A DNA stretch of 63,954 bases, the filler included, from an uncultured bacterium (lineage in GTDB: Bacteria; CAZDME01; JAYEMH01): assembly GCA_964506785.1 (NCBI GenBank). It is 3 parts of 3 records of this genome, joined end to end, with 100 filler letters (N's around TTAATTAATTAA, not from the genome) between each part and the next. Parts side by side here need not be neighbours in the genome. Positions count along the whole stretch, not along the records: positions 28,180 to 54,829 come from CAZDME010000014.1; 2 more parts are not named here. One strand, 5' to 3'. A model generated the notes under the pieces. It worked only from the letters and a program-made list of their open reading frames with translations, did not search any database and was not told the DNA's origin. The translations under genes were made by a program, and so were the position numbers. This document shows positions 28,199 to 38,315 of the stretch, in pieces (the stretch's first letter is position 1; each line of letters begins with the position of its first letter).

Positions 28199-28558
28199 GT
28201 GTTTTTGTGGTTTTTGCCGATTATGATAGGAAGACCCCCCCGGACTAAAACTTATAAAAGGCGGCCGACCCGAAAAGATAAGGTTCAAGTCTTTTCATTT
28301 TTTAAAATGGTCTTCTTAGTAATTTTATTAGGATTTACCTTTATCTTTATCTATGTTTGGCTGAATCTGGCGCTAGTAAGGAAGGGTTACCTTCTTTCCG
28401 CCGGGGAGGCAAAAAGAGAATATCTGGATAAAAGAAATAAGGAATTGAAGTTAGAGGTAGGCAAGCTCAAATCTTTGGATAGAATTGAAAAAATTGCTCG
28501 AGAAAAAATAAAGCTAAGTGATCCCAAGAAGCATGAAGTTATCTGGATAAACCGATGA
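28199..28558 (+). CDS. ftsL: Cell division protein FtsL-like (start uncertain, possibly ATG 28223)
   Basis: Basic N-terminus, one TM helix, coiled coil, SLDRIEKIAREKI; directly upstream of ftsI. Confidence 0.8.
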   Translation: MFLWFLPIMIGRPPRTKTYKRRPTRKDKVQVFSFFKMVFLVILLGFTFIFIYVWLNLALVRKGYLLSAGEAKREYLDKRNKELKLEVGKLKSLDRIEKIAREKIKLSDPKKHEVIWINR

Positions 28559-30492
28559 AAAGAAACCAGCTTATCTTCCGTTCGTACCTAATTGTAGTTT
28601 TTTTTATAATTTTGTTTTTCGCCCTTTTTTTTAAACTTTACTATTTACAATTTGTTGAACATTCGCGGTTTTCTAAAAAAGCACAAAGGCAGCATCATAT
28701 CACCATTAATCCTCAGAGGGCACGCGGCATGATTTTTGACTGTCAAGGGAAACCCTTAGCCATCAGTGTCGAAGTCGATTCAATTTATGCCGCGCCTAAA
28801 CAAATAAAAGACCCGTCTTCTTATGCCAGAAGAATAAAAAGTTTAATTAAAAAAGATTCCCGCTGGATAAAGAAGCAGCTGTCTAAAGATTGTTATTTTG
28901 TCTGGCTGGCAAGAAAAGTCTCCCCTGAATGCTCAGAGGCTGTCCAGAGGCTAAATTTAGAGGGGATATCTATTCTCAAAGAGTACCGCCGTTTTTATCC
29001 TCAAGGGACTCTGGCCGCTAATCTTTTAGGTTTTGTCGGTATGGATAATCAAGGGTTGGAAGGTTTGGAGAGATATTATGAAAGTGAACTTTCTCCAACT
29101 TTGCGTAAGTCTCTGGTGCAGAGGGATGCTTTGGGACAAAAAATAACTTTGGATAAAGAGGAAATTTTCTCAAGAAGACCTTTTAATTTAACCCTGACGA
29201 TTGATAGCACTATTCAACACATTGCCCAGAAAGAAGTAGATAAAGTTTTTCAAAAGACAGAGGCTAAAGGGGCTCAGTTAGTGGTGATGCGTCCCTCTAC
29301 CGGGGAAATTTTAGCTTTAGTTAATCGTCCGACTTTTAATTCTAATCAACCTTCCGATTATTCGCCGCTTCATTGGCGCAATCGGGTAGTAACCGATTGC
29401 TATGAACCTGGTTCTTCATTTAAAGTCATTCCTGCCGCCGCCGCGTTAGAAGAAAACGTTGTTACTCCCCAAAAAATCTTTTTTTGCGAAAATGGTTCAT
29501 TCCAATTTTGCCGTCGCGTTATCCATGACCATGAACCTAGGGGATGGCTTACTTTCCGCCAGATTTTAGGTTACTCCAGCAATATTGGTATGACTAAGGC
29601 ATCTTTGCTTTTAGGCAAGCACAAACTATATAAATACATCCAGCAATTCGGCTGCGGCCGATATACGGATGTTGATATGCCTGGTGAAATTAAAGGGAAC
29701 CTGCGCCCAATAAAAGAATGGACAAAGTCTTCTCTAGGGGCGATTCCCTATGGCCAGGAGATTTCCGTAACCTCGATGCAACTTATTAATATTTTTTCCA
29801 CCATTGCTAATGGCGGCTTAATGATGCAGCCTTATGTACTCAGGGAAATTCGTGATAAAAAAGGTGCTTTAATCAAGAAATTCAATCCTCACATCAAAAG
29901 AAGGGTTATTTCTCCTCAGACAGCCCTGACTTTGACAGAAATGCTTGAGGGGGCAGTTATCTCAGGCACAGGAACGCTGGCTCAAGTTTCCGGTTATCGA
30001 GTAGCCGGAAAAACTGGCACTGCTCAGAAATTTGATGTAGAGAAAAACCAGTATTCTAAAGAAAAATCTATTGTTTCTTTTGTTGGTTTCGCCCCGGTTG
30101 AAGAACCGGCTATTGCCGTATTAGTAATGGTTGATGAGCCTCGCGGTGTTGCTTGGGGAGGAACTGTTGCCGCCCCAATTTTCAGCCGCGTTGTCGGGAA
30201 AACCTTGAGTTATTTACAAATTTCTCCTCAAGAAGAAAGAAAAGCAAAAAAAAGGGGAAAGCAGTTTTTATCTTCATTAGAAGTTTTGCCTAAAGCTGAA
30301 AAACTAATTGGGCAAACTATGCCAGATCTTAAAGGGGCGAGCATTAGAGAAAGTTTAGAGAATCTTTCTAGGTTTAATTTAGAGATTAACATTCAAGGTT
30401 CTGGTTTTCTCTATTGGCAGAGGCCCTCACCCGGAGAAAAACTTAATCAGGGCGATTATTGTCTTCTAAAATTTATGCCCGGTTGTTATTAA
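28555..30492 (+). CDS. ftsI: Penicillin-binding protein 3 with a C-terminal PASTA domain
   Basis: RGMIFD, YEPGSSFK (SxxK), SSNIG, GKTGTAQK. Confidence 0.95.
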   Translation: MKRNQLIFRSYLIVVFFIILFFALFFKLYYLQFVEHSRFSKKAQRQHHITINPQRARGMIFDCQGKPLAISVEVDSIYAAPKQIKDPSSYARRIKSLIKKDSRWIKKQLSKDCYFVWLARKVSPECSEAVQRLNLEGISILKEYRRFYPQGTLAANLLGFVGMDNQGLEGLERYYESELSPTLRKSLVQRDALGQKITLDKEEIFSRRPFNLTLTIDSTIQHIAQKEVDKVFQKTEAKGAQLVVMRPSTGEILALVNRPTFNSNQPSDYSPLHWRNRVVTDCYEPGSSFKVIPAAAALEENVVTPQKIFFCENGSFQFCRRVIHDHEPRGWLTFRQILGYSSNIGMTKASLLLGKHKLYKYIQQFGCGRYTDVDMPGEIKGNLRPIKEWTKSSLGAIPYGQEISVTSMQLINIFSTIANGGLMMQPYVLREIRDKKGALIKKFNPHIKRRVISPQTALTLTEMLEGAVISGTGTLAQVSGYRVAGKTGTAQKFDVEKNQYSKEKSIVSFVGFAPVEEPAIAVLVMVDEPRGVAWGGTVAAPIFSRVVGKTLSYLQISPQEERKAKKRGKQFLSSLEVLPKAEKLIGQTMPDLKGASIRESLENLSRFNLEINIQGSGFLYWQRPSPGEKLNQGDYCLLKFMPGCY

Positions 30493-30502
30493 GGGGATTT
30501 TT

Positions 30503-32044
30503 ATGGGAAAAACCTGGATCCTAAACAAACTTCTTCAAGGCCTTTCGCTGGAAAAAACTAATGGTGACCTTCTCCAAAATATTCGGGGAGTAGACTATGA
30601 TTCTCGTCGGGTCAATAGAGATTTTCTTTTCGCCGCTATCCCGGGCATACATTACAATGGGGCGGATTTTATTGAAGAAGCCATCAGCCGGGGTGCTAAA
30701 GCCATACTAACCCAGGAAGATTTAATTGACCGTCCTGTCCACAAGGGAGTATCGTATATTAGAGTGAGAGACAGCCGGGAAGCACTTTCTAAAATATCGG
30801 CGGCATTTTATGATTTCCCCTCCCGGCAACTTAAAGTTATTGGTATTACCGGCACAAATGGGAAAACTTCAACTACTTATCTTCTTGAATCCATTCTTAA
30901 AGCAGCTCATTTTGCCGTTGGGGTAATTGGCACGGTTAATTATCGAATTAGAGACCGGATTATTCCTTCGGTTCGCACCACCCCTGAATCTTTAGAGCTT
31001 CAATTTCTTCTCAAGGAGATGGTTGAAGCCGGTATTACCCACGTCATTATGGAGGTTTCTTCCCATGCTCTTACCCAAAGGCGTGTTTCCCAGATAGATT
31101 TTGATATCGGGTTATTTACCAATTTAAGTCAGGACCACCTGGATTATCATAAAACTATGGGGAATTATTTTGCCAGCAAGAATCTTCTTTTCGAATCTTT
31201 AGGAAGACTTTCTCAAAAAAACGGAGAGAAATATGCCATAGTCAATGGCGATGATCAAGCTTCTACAGGCATTCTAAAAACGCTGGAAAATTCTCCCGGT
31301 GTCAAAATCTTATCTTTTGGACTGGGCGATAAAAATTTATGCCGGGCTGAAGCGATTGAGTCAAAGTCAGATAACAATCGTTTTATCATAAGTTATCCGT
31401 CAGCGGATATAGAGGTAAATCTTTCCCTTTTCGGCCGGCACAATGTTTATAACGCCTTGGCGGCTGCTTCTTGCGGTTTTAGTTTGGATATAGAGCCCGG
31501 GTTTATAAAGGAAGGTTTGGAAAAGCTAAAGAATATCCCCGGCCGATTTGAATTTATCGGGAAGCATTTACCTTTTGAAATAGTCGTTGATTACGCCCAT
31601 ACCGAAGCCGCCTTAAGAAATATCTTAGAATCAGCCGGAAAAATGAGCCCAAAGCGAATAATTTTAGTTTTTGGCTGTGGCGGTGATCGGGATAAAGGGA
31701 AGCGCCCCTTAATGGGAAAGGCAGCCGAAGAACTGGCTGATTTTTCTATTCTTACATCTGATAATCCCAGGAGTGAAGAGCCGGAAGAAATTATTAACCA
31801 TATCAAGACGGGTTTTACCCTTAAAAGAAACTATCAGGTAATTTTAGACCGCTATCAGGCGATAGAATCGGCCATAAAGAAGGCTGTGCCCGGTGATATG
31901 ATAATTATCGCCGGTAAAGGCCACGAAACTTATCAAATCTATAAAGACGGGGTAGAGCCTTTTGATGATAGAAAAGCGGTTGAAAAGATTTTACGAGCAA
32001 TGGGAATATCAGGCGCTCAGGGTATCAGGCGTCAGGATAACTAA
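30503..32044 (+). CDS. murE: UDP-MurNAc-dipeptide:meso-DAP ligase
   Basis: GITGTNGKT, MEVSSH, VDYAHT, SDNPR (DAP-specific motif). Confidence 0.97.
   Translation: MGKTWILNKLLQGLSLEKTNGDLLQNIRGVDYDSRRVNRDFLFAAIPGIHYNGADFIEEAISRGAKAILTQEDLIDRPVHKGVSYIRVRDSREALSKISAAFYDFPSRQLKVIGITGTNGKTSTTYLLESILKAAHFAVGVIGTVNYRIRDRIIPSVRTTPESLELQFLLKEMVEAGITHVIMEVSSHALTQRRVSQIDFDIGLFTNLSQDHLDYHKTMGNYFASKNLLFESLGRLSQKNGEKYAIVNGDDQASTGILKTLENSPGVKILSFGLGDKNLCRAEAIESKSDNNRFIISYPSADIEVNLSLFGRHNVYNALAAASCGFSLDIEPGFIKEGLEKLKNIPGRFEFIGKHLPFEIVVDYAHTEAALRNILESAGKMSPKRIILVFGCGGDRDKGKRPLMGKAAEELADFSILTSDNPRSEEPEEIINHIKTGFTLKRNYQVILDRYQAIESAIKKAVPGDMIIIAGKGHETYQIYKDGVEPFDDRKAVEKILRAMGISGAQGIRRQDN
32006..32036 (+). repeat. 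Tandem 8-mer (nnnTCAGG) array at the murE 3' end
   Basis: ATATCAGG CGCTCAGG GTATCAGG CGTCAGG; 15 bp identical to 57626-57640. Confidence 0.7.
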
Positions 32045-32097
32045 TTTGCCGATTTGCTGCTTTATTGAGTATCCGGTTAACAGGATAATAGGGGACA

Positions 32098-33489
32098 ATG
32101 AAATTCAGGCTTAGTGAAATTTTAGAATGGACGGGAGGAAAACTTCTTGCTTCGACAGTAGAATCTTCTCTTTCATTTGGGGATATCGGCATAGACTCCA
32201 GAAAGAGCAAAGCCGGAGAATTATTTATTGCTATCCGCGGCAGGCGCTTTGACGGCCATGATTATCTTGCCCAGGCTTTTCGAAAGGGAGTAAAGGCAGC
32301 CCTTGTCTCCAAAATTCCTGAAGGCTTCTCTCGAGATTCCAATTTAAAGGATGCGGTTTTAATTAAAGTTAAAGATACAGTCAGGGCCCTTCAGGATATT
32401 TCCGCTCATTACCGGAGAAAATTTAAGTTAAAGGTGATTGCTGTAACCGGCAGTAACGGTAAAACCACCACGAAGGATTTAATTGCCCATATTCTTCAAA
32501 CTAAATTTTCAGTTTTGAAATCAGCCGGTAATTTCAATAATCAAATCGGCATTCCTTTAAGTTTACTAAGGATTAAAGAGTATCACCAACTGGCCGTTTT
32601 AGAGTTAGGCGCCAGTGCCCTGGGAGAAATAAAGCTGCTTTCCCGGTTAGTTCAGCCTCACTTCGGAATTATTACCAATATAAGCCCGGCCCATCTTGAG
32701 TTTTTTGGCACCCTTGATAATGTAGCTAAAGCCAAAGCCGAATTAATCGAATCTTTAGATAAAGAGGGGGTAGTTTTTTTAAATAATGACGATCCTTATC
32801 TCGGCCGGATGAAAAACAAGATAAGAGGCGAGTTTGCAACCTTTGCCATAAAAGAAAAAGCGGATTTTCAGGCTCGGAATATTGCCTTTGTGAATTTTTC
32901 TAATTCAACCTTTAAAATTAACGGGCAAATTGAAGTTTCTCTTCCTCTTTTAGGGAGGCACAATATCTATAATGCTTTGGCTGCTTCTGCCGTCGCTCGC
33001 ACTTTAGATATAAGTTGGGATTCAATAAAATCTGCTTTGGCCGATTTTTCGCCTCCCCCTATGCGCATGGAAGTTAAAGAAACCGGGGGCCTAAAGGTTA
33101 TTAACGATGCCTATAATGCCAATCCCTATTCGGTAAAAGCGGCGGTTGAATCCTTATTGAATTTAAAAAGCCGGGGGAGAAAAATTTTAGTTCTGGGTGA
33201 TATGTTAGAACTGGGGGATTCAACCCGGTATTTTCATCGTCAGCTGGGAGAGGAAATAGGCGCCTCGGGGATTGATTATTTGCTGACCGTAGGTGATTTC
33301 TCCCGTTTCACCGCTAAAGGCGCGCGCCGTTCGGGCATGGCTGATAAATACATTTTTCATTCTGATTCGATAAAAGATGTTCTCTCAGTTTTAAAAAATA
33401 TTGTCAAAAAGGAAGATATTCTTTTAATCAAAGGCTCCAGGGCGATGAAATTGGAGCGGATAATAGAGGGGATTAATCATGCTTTATAA
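32098..33489 (+). CDS. murF: UDP-MurNAc-tripeptide:D-Ala-D-Ala ligase
   Basis: TGSNGKTTTKD, GNFNNQIG, NDAYNANP, LGDMLELG, KGSR. Confidence 0.97.
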   Translation: MKFRLSEILEWTGGKLLASTVESSLSFGDIGIDSRKSKAGELFIAIRGRRFDGHDYLAQAFRKGVKAALVSKIPEGFSRDSNLKDAVLIKVKDTVRALQDISAHYRRKFKLKVIAVTGSNGKTTTKDLIAHILQTKFSVLKSAGNFNNQIGIPLSLLRIKEYHQLAVLELGASALGEIKLLSRLVQPHFGIITNISPAHLEFFGTLDNVAKAKAELIESLDKEGVVFLNNDDPYLGRMKNKIRGEFATFAIKEKADFQARNIAFVNFSNSTFKINGQIEVSLPLLGRHNIYNALAASAVARTLDISWDSIKSALADFSPPPMRMEVKETGGLKVINDAYNANPYSVKAAVESLLNLKSRGRKILVLGDMLELGDSTRYFHRQLGEEIGASGIDYLLTVGDFSRFTAKGARRSGMADKYIFHSDSIKDVLSVLKNIVKKEDILLIKGSRAMKLERIIEGINHAL

Positions 33490-34573
33490 TTGGCTTTATC
33501 CACTTCGCGACCAGTGGTTTATTTTCAATATATTCCGGTACATTACCTTTCGGGCGGCCGGGGCAACGGCTACCGCTCTCCTTATCAGCGTCATTTTAGG
33601 CCCTTTTATAATTAAATTTCTTAAGGCCTTTTCACTCGAAGAGAAAATTCGCAAAGGCGATGTATTTCCTCTTTATGAACTGCATAAAGGCAAAGAAGGC
33701 ACGCCTACCATGGGGGGGATTTTGATTTTAATTGCCATGGTTACCTCCACCCTTCTCTGGGCGAATCTTGAGGCGCGCAGCATCGGGTTAGTTTTATTTT
33801 CTACGATTTCTTTAGGGGCCATCGGTTTTATTGACGATTATCTTAAAATTAAAAAATCACCGACTGGTTTAGGGGCGCTCACCAAATTTATCGGCCAGTC
33901 TATTCTGGGGATACTTATCGGGCTTTATCTTTTTAAACTTCCTTTGATTGCCGGATATGCCAGTAAAATCAATATTCCTTTTTTTAAAGATCTCTGGGTT
34001 CAACTGGGGATTTTTTATGTTTTATTCGTTGCTTTAGTAATTGCTGGCACTTCTAACGCGGTTAACCTTACCGACGGACTGGATGGATTAGCCATTGGCT
34101 GCCTGATTATTGCCGCCTTAGCCTTTACCGCCATTGCCTATCTTTGCGGTAATTTCCAGTTTGCCGATTATCTAAAAATTGCTTATGTGCCTGGCGCCGG
34201 CGAATTAGCCGTTTTTTGTGCCAGTCTCATCGGGGCCGGTTTAGGTTTTCTCTGGTATAACTCTCATCCGGCTCAAGTTTTTATGGGCGATACCGGTTCT
34301 TTGGCTCTGGGCGGCGCTTTGGGGACAGTCGCCGTGATTATTAAACAGGAGTTAGTTTTAATTATTGTCGGCGGTATTTTCATTCTCGAGGCGATTTCAG
34401 TAATCCTGCAGGTAATTCACTTCCGTTTTAAAAAAAGAAGACTTTTTCTTATTGCCCCGTTACATCATCATTTTGAAGCTCAGGGTTGGCCCGAATCCAA
34501 AATAATTATTCGCTTCTGGATTATTGCCGCTATTTTTGCTTTATTGAGTTTAAGCACGCTCAAAATACGATAA
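33479..34573 (+). CDS. mraY: Phospho-N-acetylmuramoyl-pentapeptide transferase
   Basis: GTPTMGG, NAVNLTDGLDGLA, VFMGDTGS, APLHHHFE. Confidence 0.98.
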   Translation: MLYNWLYPLRDQWFIFNIFRYITFRAAGATATALLISVILGPFIIKFLKAFSLEEKIRKGDVFPLYELHKGKEGTPTMGGILILIAMVTSTLLWANLEARSIGLVLFSTISLGAIGFIDDYLKIKKSPTGLGALTKFIGQSILGILIGLYLFKLPLIAGYASKINIPFFKDLWVQLGIFYVLFVALVIAGTSNAVNLTDGLDGLAIGCLIIAALAFTAIAYLCGNFQFADYLKIAYVPGAGELAVFCASLIGAGLGFLWYNSHPAQVFMGDTGSLALGGALGTVAVIIKQELVLIIVGGIFILEAISVILQVIHFRFKKRRLFLIAPLHHHFEAQGWPESKIIIRFWIIAAIFALLSLSTLKIR

Positions 34574-34620
34574 TACCTGGGCAATGGCGGCCAGAGTGCC
34601 TTTATAAAACTTTATAGAAA

Positions 34621-36003
34621 ATGATAGGAAATTATAAAAATAAAAAAGTTACCGTTGTGGGTCTGGGGAGAAGCGGCCGGGCAGCGGCAGAGTTCCTGAA
34701 GGATTTAGGGGCCGAGGTCAAAATAACCGAAATAAAAAAAGATTTCGAGCTTGAATCTAAAATAGATAAGCTTAAAAAAAAGAATATCCGGGCAGAATTG
34801 GGAAGACATAGTAAAAATTTTATCCAAGAGGCAGATTTAATTGTGGCTAGTCCTGGTGTTAGTGAGGCATCTCTTCCTTTAGTTTGGGCCAGGGAAAAGG
34901 GTATCCCGGTTACGGGCGAGTTAGAGCTGGCCTCCCGGTTTGTTCCCTGCCCGGTTATTGCCGTGACCGGGACTAATGGGAAAACCACTACCGCCAGCCT
35001 CCTCGGAGAAATTCTCAAAAAGAGGCATAAGGTAGAAGTGGCCGGAAATATCGGCCGGCCGCTATCCAGCCTCGTCCCAAAGTTAAACAAGGAGAACCTT
35101 TTGGTTTTAGAGGTTAGCAGTTTTCAGTTGGATAGGATAAAAAAATTCCATCCTTACATCTCCGTTATTTTAAATATTACTCCCGACCATCTTGACCGTT
35201 ACCCCAATTTCGAAGCTTATCTATCGTCCAAAAAAAGGATTTTTCTTAATCAGGGCCCGGGTGATTATGCGATTTTTCCCGCCGGCGCTTCTTATACAGA
35301 ACTTTTAATAAAGGAATCCCGGTGTTCTCATATTTTGTTTGGCAACGATTTAGGATTGAACCCGGGTATTTTTTATCGAGATAGTTCTATCTGGTCCAGC
35401 AGCAATGGTTCCCGTCGGAAGATTTTAGATGGAAGCGTTCTTAAATTAAAGGGCGATCATAATCGCCAAAACATTATGGCGGCCCTTGCGGTGGCGGTTA
35501 TCCTTGGAGAAACCGCAGAAAACATTTCCGGGGTGATAAAAAATTTCTCCGGACTTGAGCACCGGATAGAAATAGTTTCAAAGTCCGGCGGAGTGGTCTT
35601 TATTAACGATTCTAAAAGTACCAATGTCGATTCCCTGATTAAAGCCGTTCAAAGCTTCTCCTCGATTATTCTTATTGCCGGCGGGCGAGATAAAGGAGCC
35701 GATTTTACTCCCGCCGGGGTTTCTATAAAAGAAAGGGTTAAGCAAATTATTCTTTTAGGTGAGGCGAAAGAAAAGCTCAAAGATCTTTGGCAGAATATCC
35801 GCCCTGTTCATTTAGCTAAAGATTTGGAGGAGGCGGTGATTCTTGCCCAAGATATTGCTCAGCCTGGTGACTGCGTTCTTTTTTCTCCGGGCTGCAGCAG
35901 TTTTGACATGTTTAGGAATTTTGAGGAAAGAGGCAAATCTTTCAAGGAGATAGTTTCAAAGCTTCACCTTACCCGGTTAACCAATAAGCCAAACGATGAT
36001 TAG
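34621..36003 (+). CDS. murD: UDP-MurNAc-L-Ala:D-Glu ligase
   Basis: GLGRSG, TGTNGKTT, EVSSFQL, NDSKSTN, SPGCSSFD. Confidence 0.97.
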   Translation: MIGNYKNKKVTVVGLGRSGRAAAEFLKDLGAEVKITEIKKDFELESKIDKLKKKNIRAELGRHSKNFIQEADLIVASPGVSEASLPLVWAREKGIPVTGELELASRFVPCPVIAVTGTNGKTTTASLLGEILKKRHKVEVAGNIGRPLSSLVPKLNKENLLVLEVSSFQLDRIKKFHPYISVILNITPDHLDRYPNFEAYLSSKKRIFLNQGPGDYAIFPAGASYTELLIKESRCSHILFGNDLGLNPGIFYRDSSIWSSSNGSRRKILDGSVLKLKGDHNRQNIMAALAVAVILGETAENISGVIKNFSGLEHRIEIVSKSGGVVFINDSKSTNVDSLIKAVQSFSSIILIAGGRDKGADFTPAGVSIKERVKQIILLGEAKEKLKDLWQNIRPVHLAKDLEEAVILAQDIAQPGDCVLFSPGCSSFDMFRNFEERGKSFKEIVSKLHLTRLTNKPNDD

Positions 36004-37081
36004 AACCAGTATGTTTCTTTTCATTATCGTCCTTACTTTAGTGGCTGTCGGATTGGTAATGGTTTTTAGCACCAGCGGCATTTATGTTCAGGGGAAATGC
36101 CAGGATTCATTGCATTTTTTAAAAAGGCAGCTTCTCTGGGCGGGTTTAGGTTTTCTCGCTTTGGTAACGGCAATGCATTTTGACTATGGTTTTTTCCGCC
36201 GCTTTAGTAAATTAGCTGTTCTTATCAGTCTGGCATTGCTGATTTTAGTTCTTTTCCCGCAGTTTGGCCGTCTTGCTGGAGGAGCCCGCCGTTGGCTGGG
36301 CTGGCGAGGTCTAAGTTTTCAGCCCGGAGAATTAGCTAAACTTAGCCTGGTCCTTTATTTGGCTGATTTTTGCTCCCGGAAGGGAAAGGTTTTAGCCAGA
36401 TTTTCTTTCCGCAGCCTTATTCCTTTTATTCTGATAAGCGTTTTCTTCCTTTTATTGATTAAACAGCCGGATTTTGGCACCGGTCTGGTTATTATTTTTA
36501 CCGCTGGAAGCATTTTATTTCTGGGAGGAATGAGGATAAAATATTTATTAACGGCGGCTTTTATAATTGCACCTTTGCTTTTTATGCTGATATTCAGTGT
36601 TGGTTACCGTCGAGAAAGATTCCTGGCTTTTCTTAATCCCGGCGAGGAAAATACCGCCGTTAGCTACCAGACGAAGCAGTCTCTTATCGCTTTAGGTTCC
36701 GGAGGCTGGAAAGGAGTCGGCTTAGGTAAAGGACTGCAGAAACTTTTTTACCTGCCTGGCTCCCGGACAGATTTTATCTATTCCATAATCGGAGAGGAAA
36801 CAGGTTTTATTGGAACCGCATTTATCCTTTTGCTATATTTAGGCCTGTTTCTATCCATTTTTCGTGTTTCCATAAGGGCGCCTGATAAGTTCGGTTCTCT
36901 CCTCAGTCTGGGGATTGGCGTACTTTTAACCCTTCAGGTAGTCATTAATTTAGGCGTGGTTATGGCTTTATTGCCAACCAAGGGAACGCCGTTACCTTTT
37001 ATAAGCGTGGGTGGTTCGGCGTTATTCTTTAATCTTTTAGCTGTCGGTATGGTTCTAAGTGTTGCCAGGCAAGGGCAATGA
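35996..37081 (+). CDS. ftsW: SEDS peptidoglycan polymerase FtsW
   Basis: GARRWL, FQPGELAK, QPDFGT, GEETGFIG, PTKGTPLPFIS.GGS. Confidence 0.96.
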   Translation: MIRTSMFLFIIVLTLVAVGLVMVFSTSGIYVQGKCQDSLHFLKRQLLWAGLGFLALVTAMHFDYGFFRRFSKLAVLISLALLILVLFPQFGRLAGGARRWLGWRGLSFQPGELAKLSLVLYLADFCSRKGKVLARFSFRSLIPFILISVFFLLLIKQPDFGTGLVIIFTAGSILFLGGMRIKYLLTAAFIIAPLLFMLIFSVGYRRERFLAFLNPGEENTAVSYQTKQSLIALGSGGWKGVGLGKGLQKLFYLPGSRTDFIYSIIGEETGFIGTAFILLLYLGLFLSIFRVSIRAPDKFGSLLSLGIGVLLTLQVVINLGVVMALLPTKGTPLPFISVGGSALFFNLLAVGMVLSVARQGQ

Positions 37082-37170
37082 ATTGTGTTATGTGTAAAGA
37101 GTCATGTATTTTTTACAGATTTTTCCAGTTTTTCATTACACATTACACATTACACATCTAACATTACACA
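37082..37170. repeat. Intergenic heptamer (CATTACA) repeat element with inverted arms
   Basis: Left arm TGTGTTATGTGTAA; right arm CATTACA x3, CATCTAA, CATTACA; an inverted homolog lies at 59180-59222. Confidence 0.85.
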
Positions 37171-37190
37171 GAAAAACTTAGGTTAGAACA

Positions 37191-38309
37191 ATGAGAGTGA
37201 TACTTACTGGCGGCGGCACCGGGGGGCATTTTTTCCCCTTAATTGCTCTGGGACAGAACCTAATTGCCCGCCATATTGAGGTTTTAATTCTTGGCCGGAA
37301 GCACAGCTGGGAAGAGAAAAATTGTCTTAAATTAAGCTTGCCTTTTAAGGGCATTACCACCGGCCGGCGGATTGGCAAATTCTCTTTACAGAACGTTCAA
37401 GCTATGCTAAAATTAGGCAAAGGGTTCTTTGAGACATTAAAGATTTTTAGGGATTTTTCTCCAGAGGTTATTGTAGCCACTGGCGGCTATGTTTCTCTTC
37501 CGGTGATGCTGGCGGGATTTTTTTCCGGGTGTCCTTTACTGATTCATGAACAGAATATTCTCCCCGGTCTCGCCAACAGGATTTTTGCTCCGGCGGCTCG
37601 GGAAATTAGCTTAAGTTTTGGGAAAACCGGTGAATATTTCCCCAAGCGGTTTAAAAACAAACTTTTTATAACCGGTTGTCCCTTACGAAAGACGGTAGAA
37701 TTAGCTGAGGCTCGAGGTTTAAATCAAGAGCCGTTTCTTCTCCTGGAGGAGAATAAATTCACCTTATTGGTTATGGGTGGCAGCCAGGGTGCTCATCGGC
37801 TGAATGATTTGGTCCTTCAGGCCCAAAAAATCTGGCAAAAAGAGAATTCTCCCATTCAGGTCATTCATCTGACCGGAGAGAAAGACCGCGTTTTTATCAA
37901 AGAAGCCTATGCTCGTCTAGGAATTAAAAGTTTGGTATTTCCTTTTTACTATGATATGGGGGCGATATATAGTATAGCTGATGTGGCCTTAGTCCGGGGC
38001 GGTGCCGGAACTTTAGCTGAGCTGGCTCTTTGGGGGATTCCGGCGATAATTATTCCTTATCCTTATGCTGCCGGCAGGCATCAGGAGTTTAATGCCCGGT
38101 TTTTTGCTCAAGAAGGGGCGGCTGAAGTTTATCGCCAGGCAGATTTAAATCCGCTGATTCTTTCCCAGGCGGTTGTTTCTTTGGTAAAAGATGAAAAAAA
38201 ACTCAGGCAGATGGCTCAAGCGAGCAGGAATTTGGGAAAGAAGGAGGCTGCCGATCTTCTGGTTGAGAGGATAATTCGTCTGGCGGCAAGTTCTAAACCC
38301 GGGAGTTGA
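37191..38309 (+). CDS. murG: Lipid II GlcNAc transferase
   Basis: GGGTGGH, TGGYVS, HEQN..PGLAN, GGSQGA, HQEFNA. Confidence 0.97.
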   Translation: MRVILTGGGTGGHFFPLIALGQNLIARHIEVLILGRKHSWEEKNCLKLSLPFKGITTGRRIGKFSLQNVQAMLKLGKGFFETLKIFRDFSPEVIVATGGYVSLPVMLAGFFSGCPLLIHEQNILPGLANRIFAPAAREISLSFGKTGEYFPKRFKNKLFITGCPLRKTVELAEARGLNQEPFLLLEENKFTLLVMGGSQGAHRLNDLVLQAQKIWQKENSPIQVIHLTGEKDRVFIKEAYARLGIKSLVFPFYYDMGAIYSIADVALVRGGAGTLAELALWGIPAIIIPYPYAAGRHQEFNARFFAQEGAAEVYRQADLNPLILSQAVVSLVKDEKKLRQMAQASRNLGKKEAADLLVERIIRLAASSKPGS

Positions 38310-38315
38310 AAAGGT

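Noticed and set aside
37134-37170. Short repeat arrays considered as CRISPR
   Set aside because: Units are 7-8 nt and contiguous, with no spacers and no cas genes
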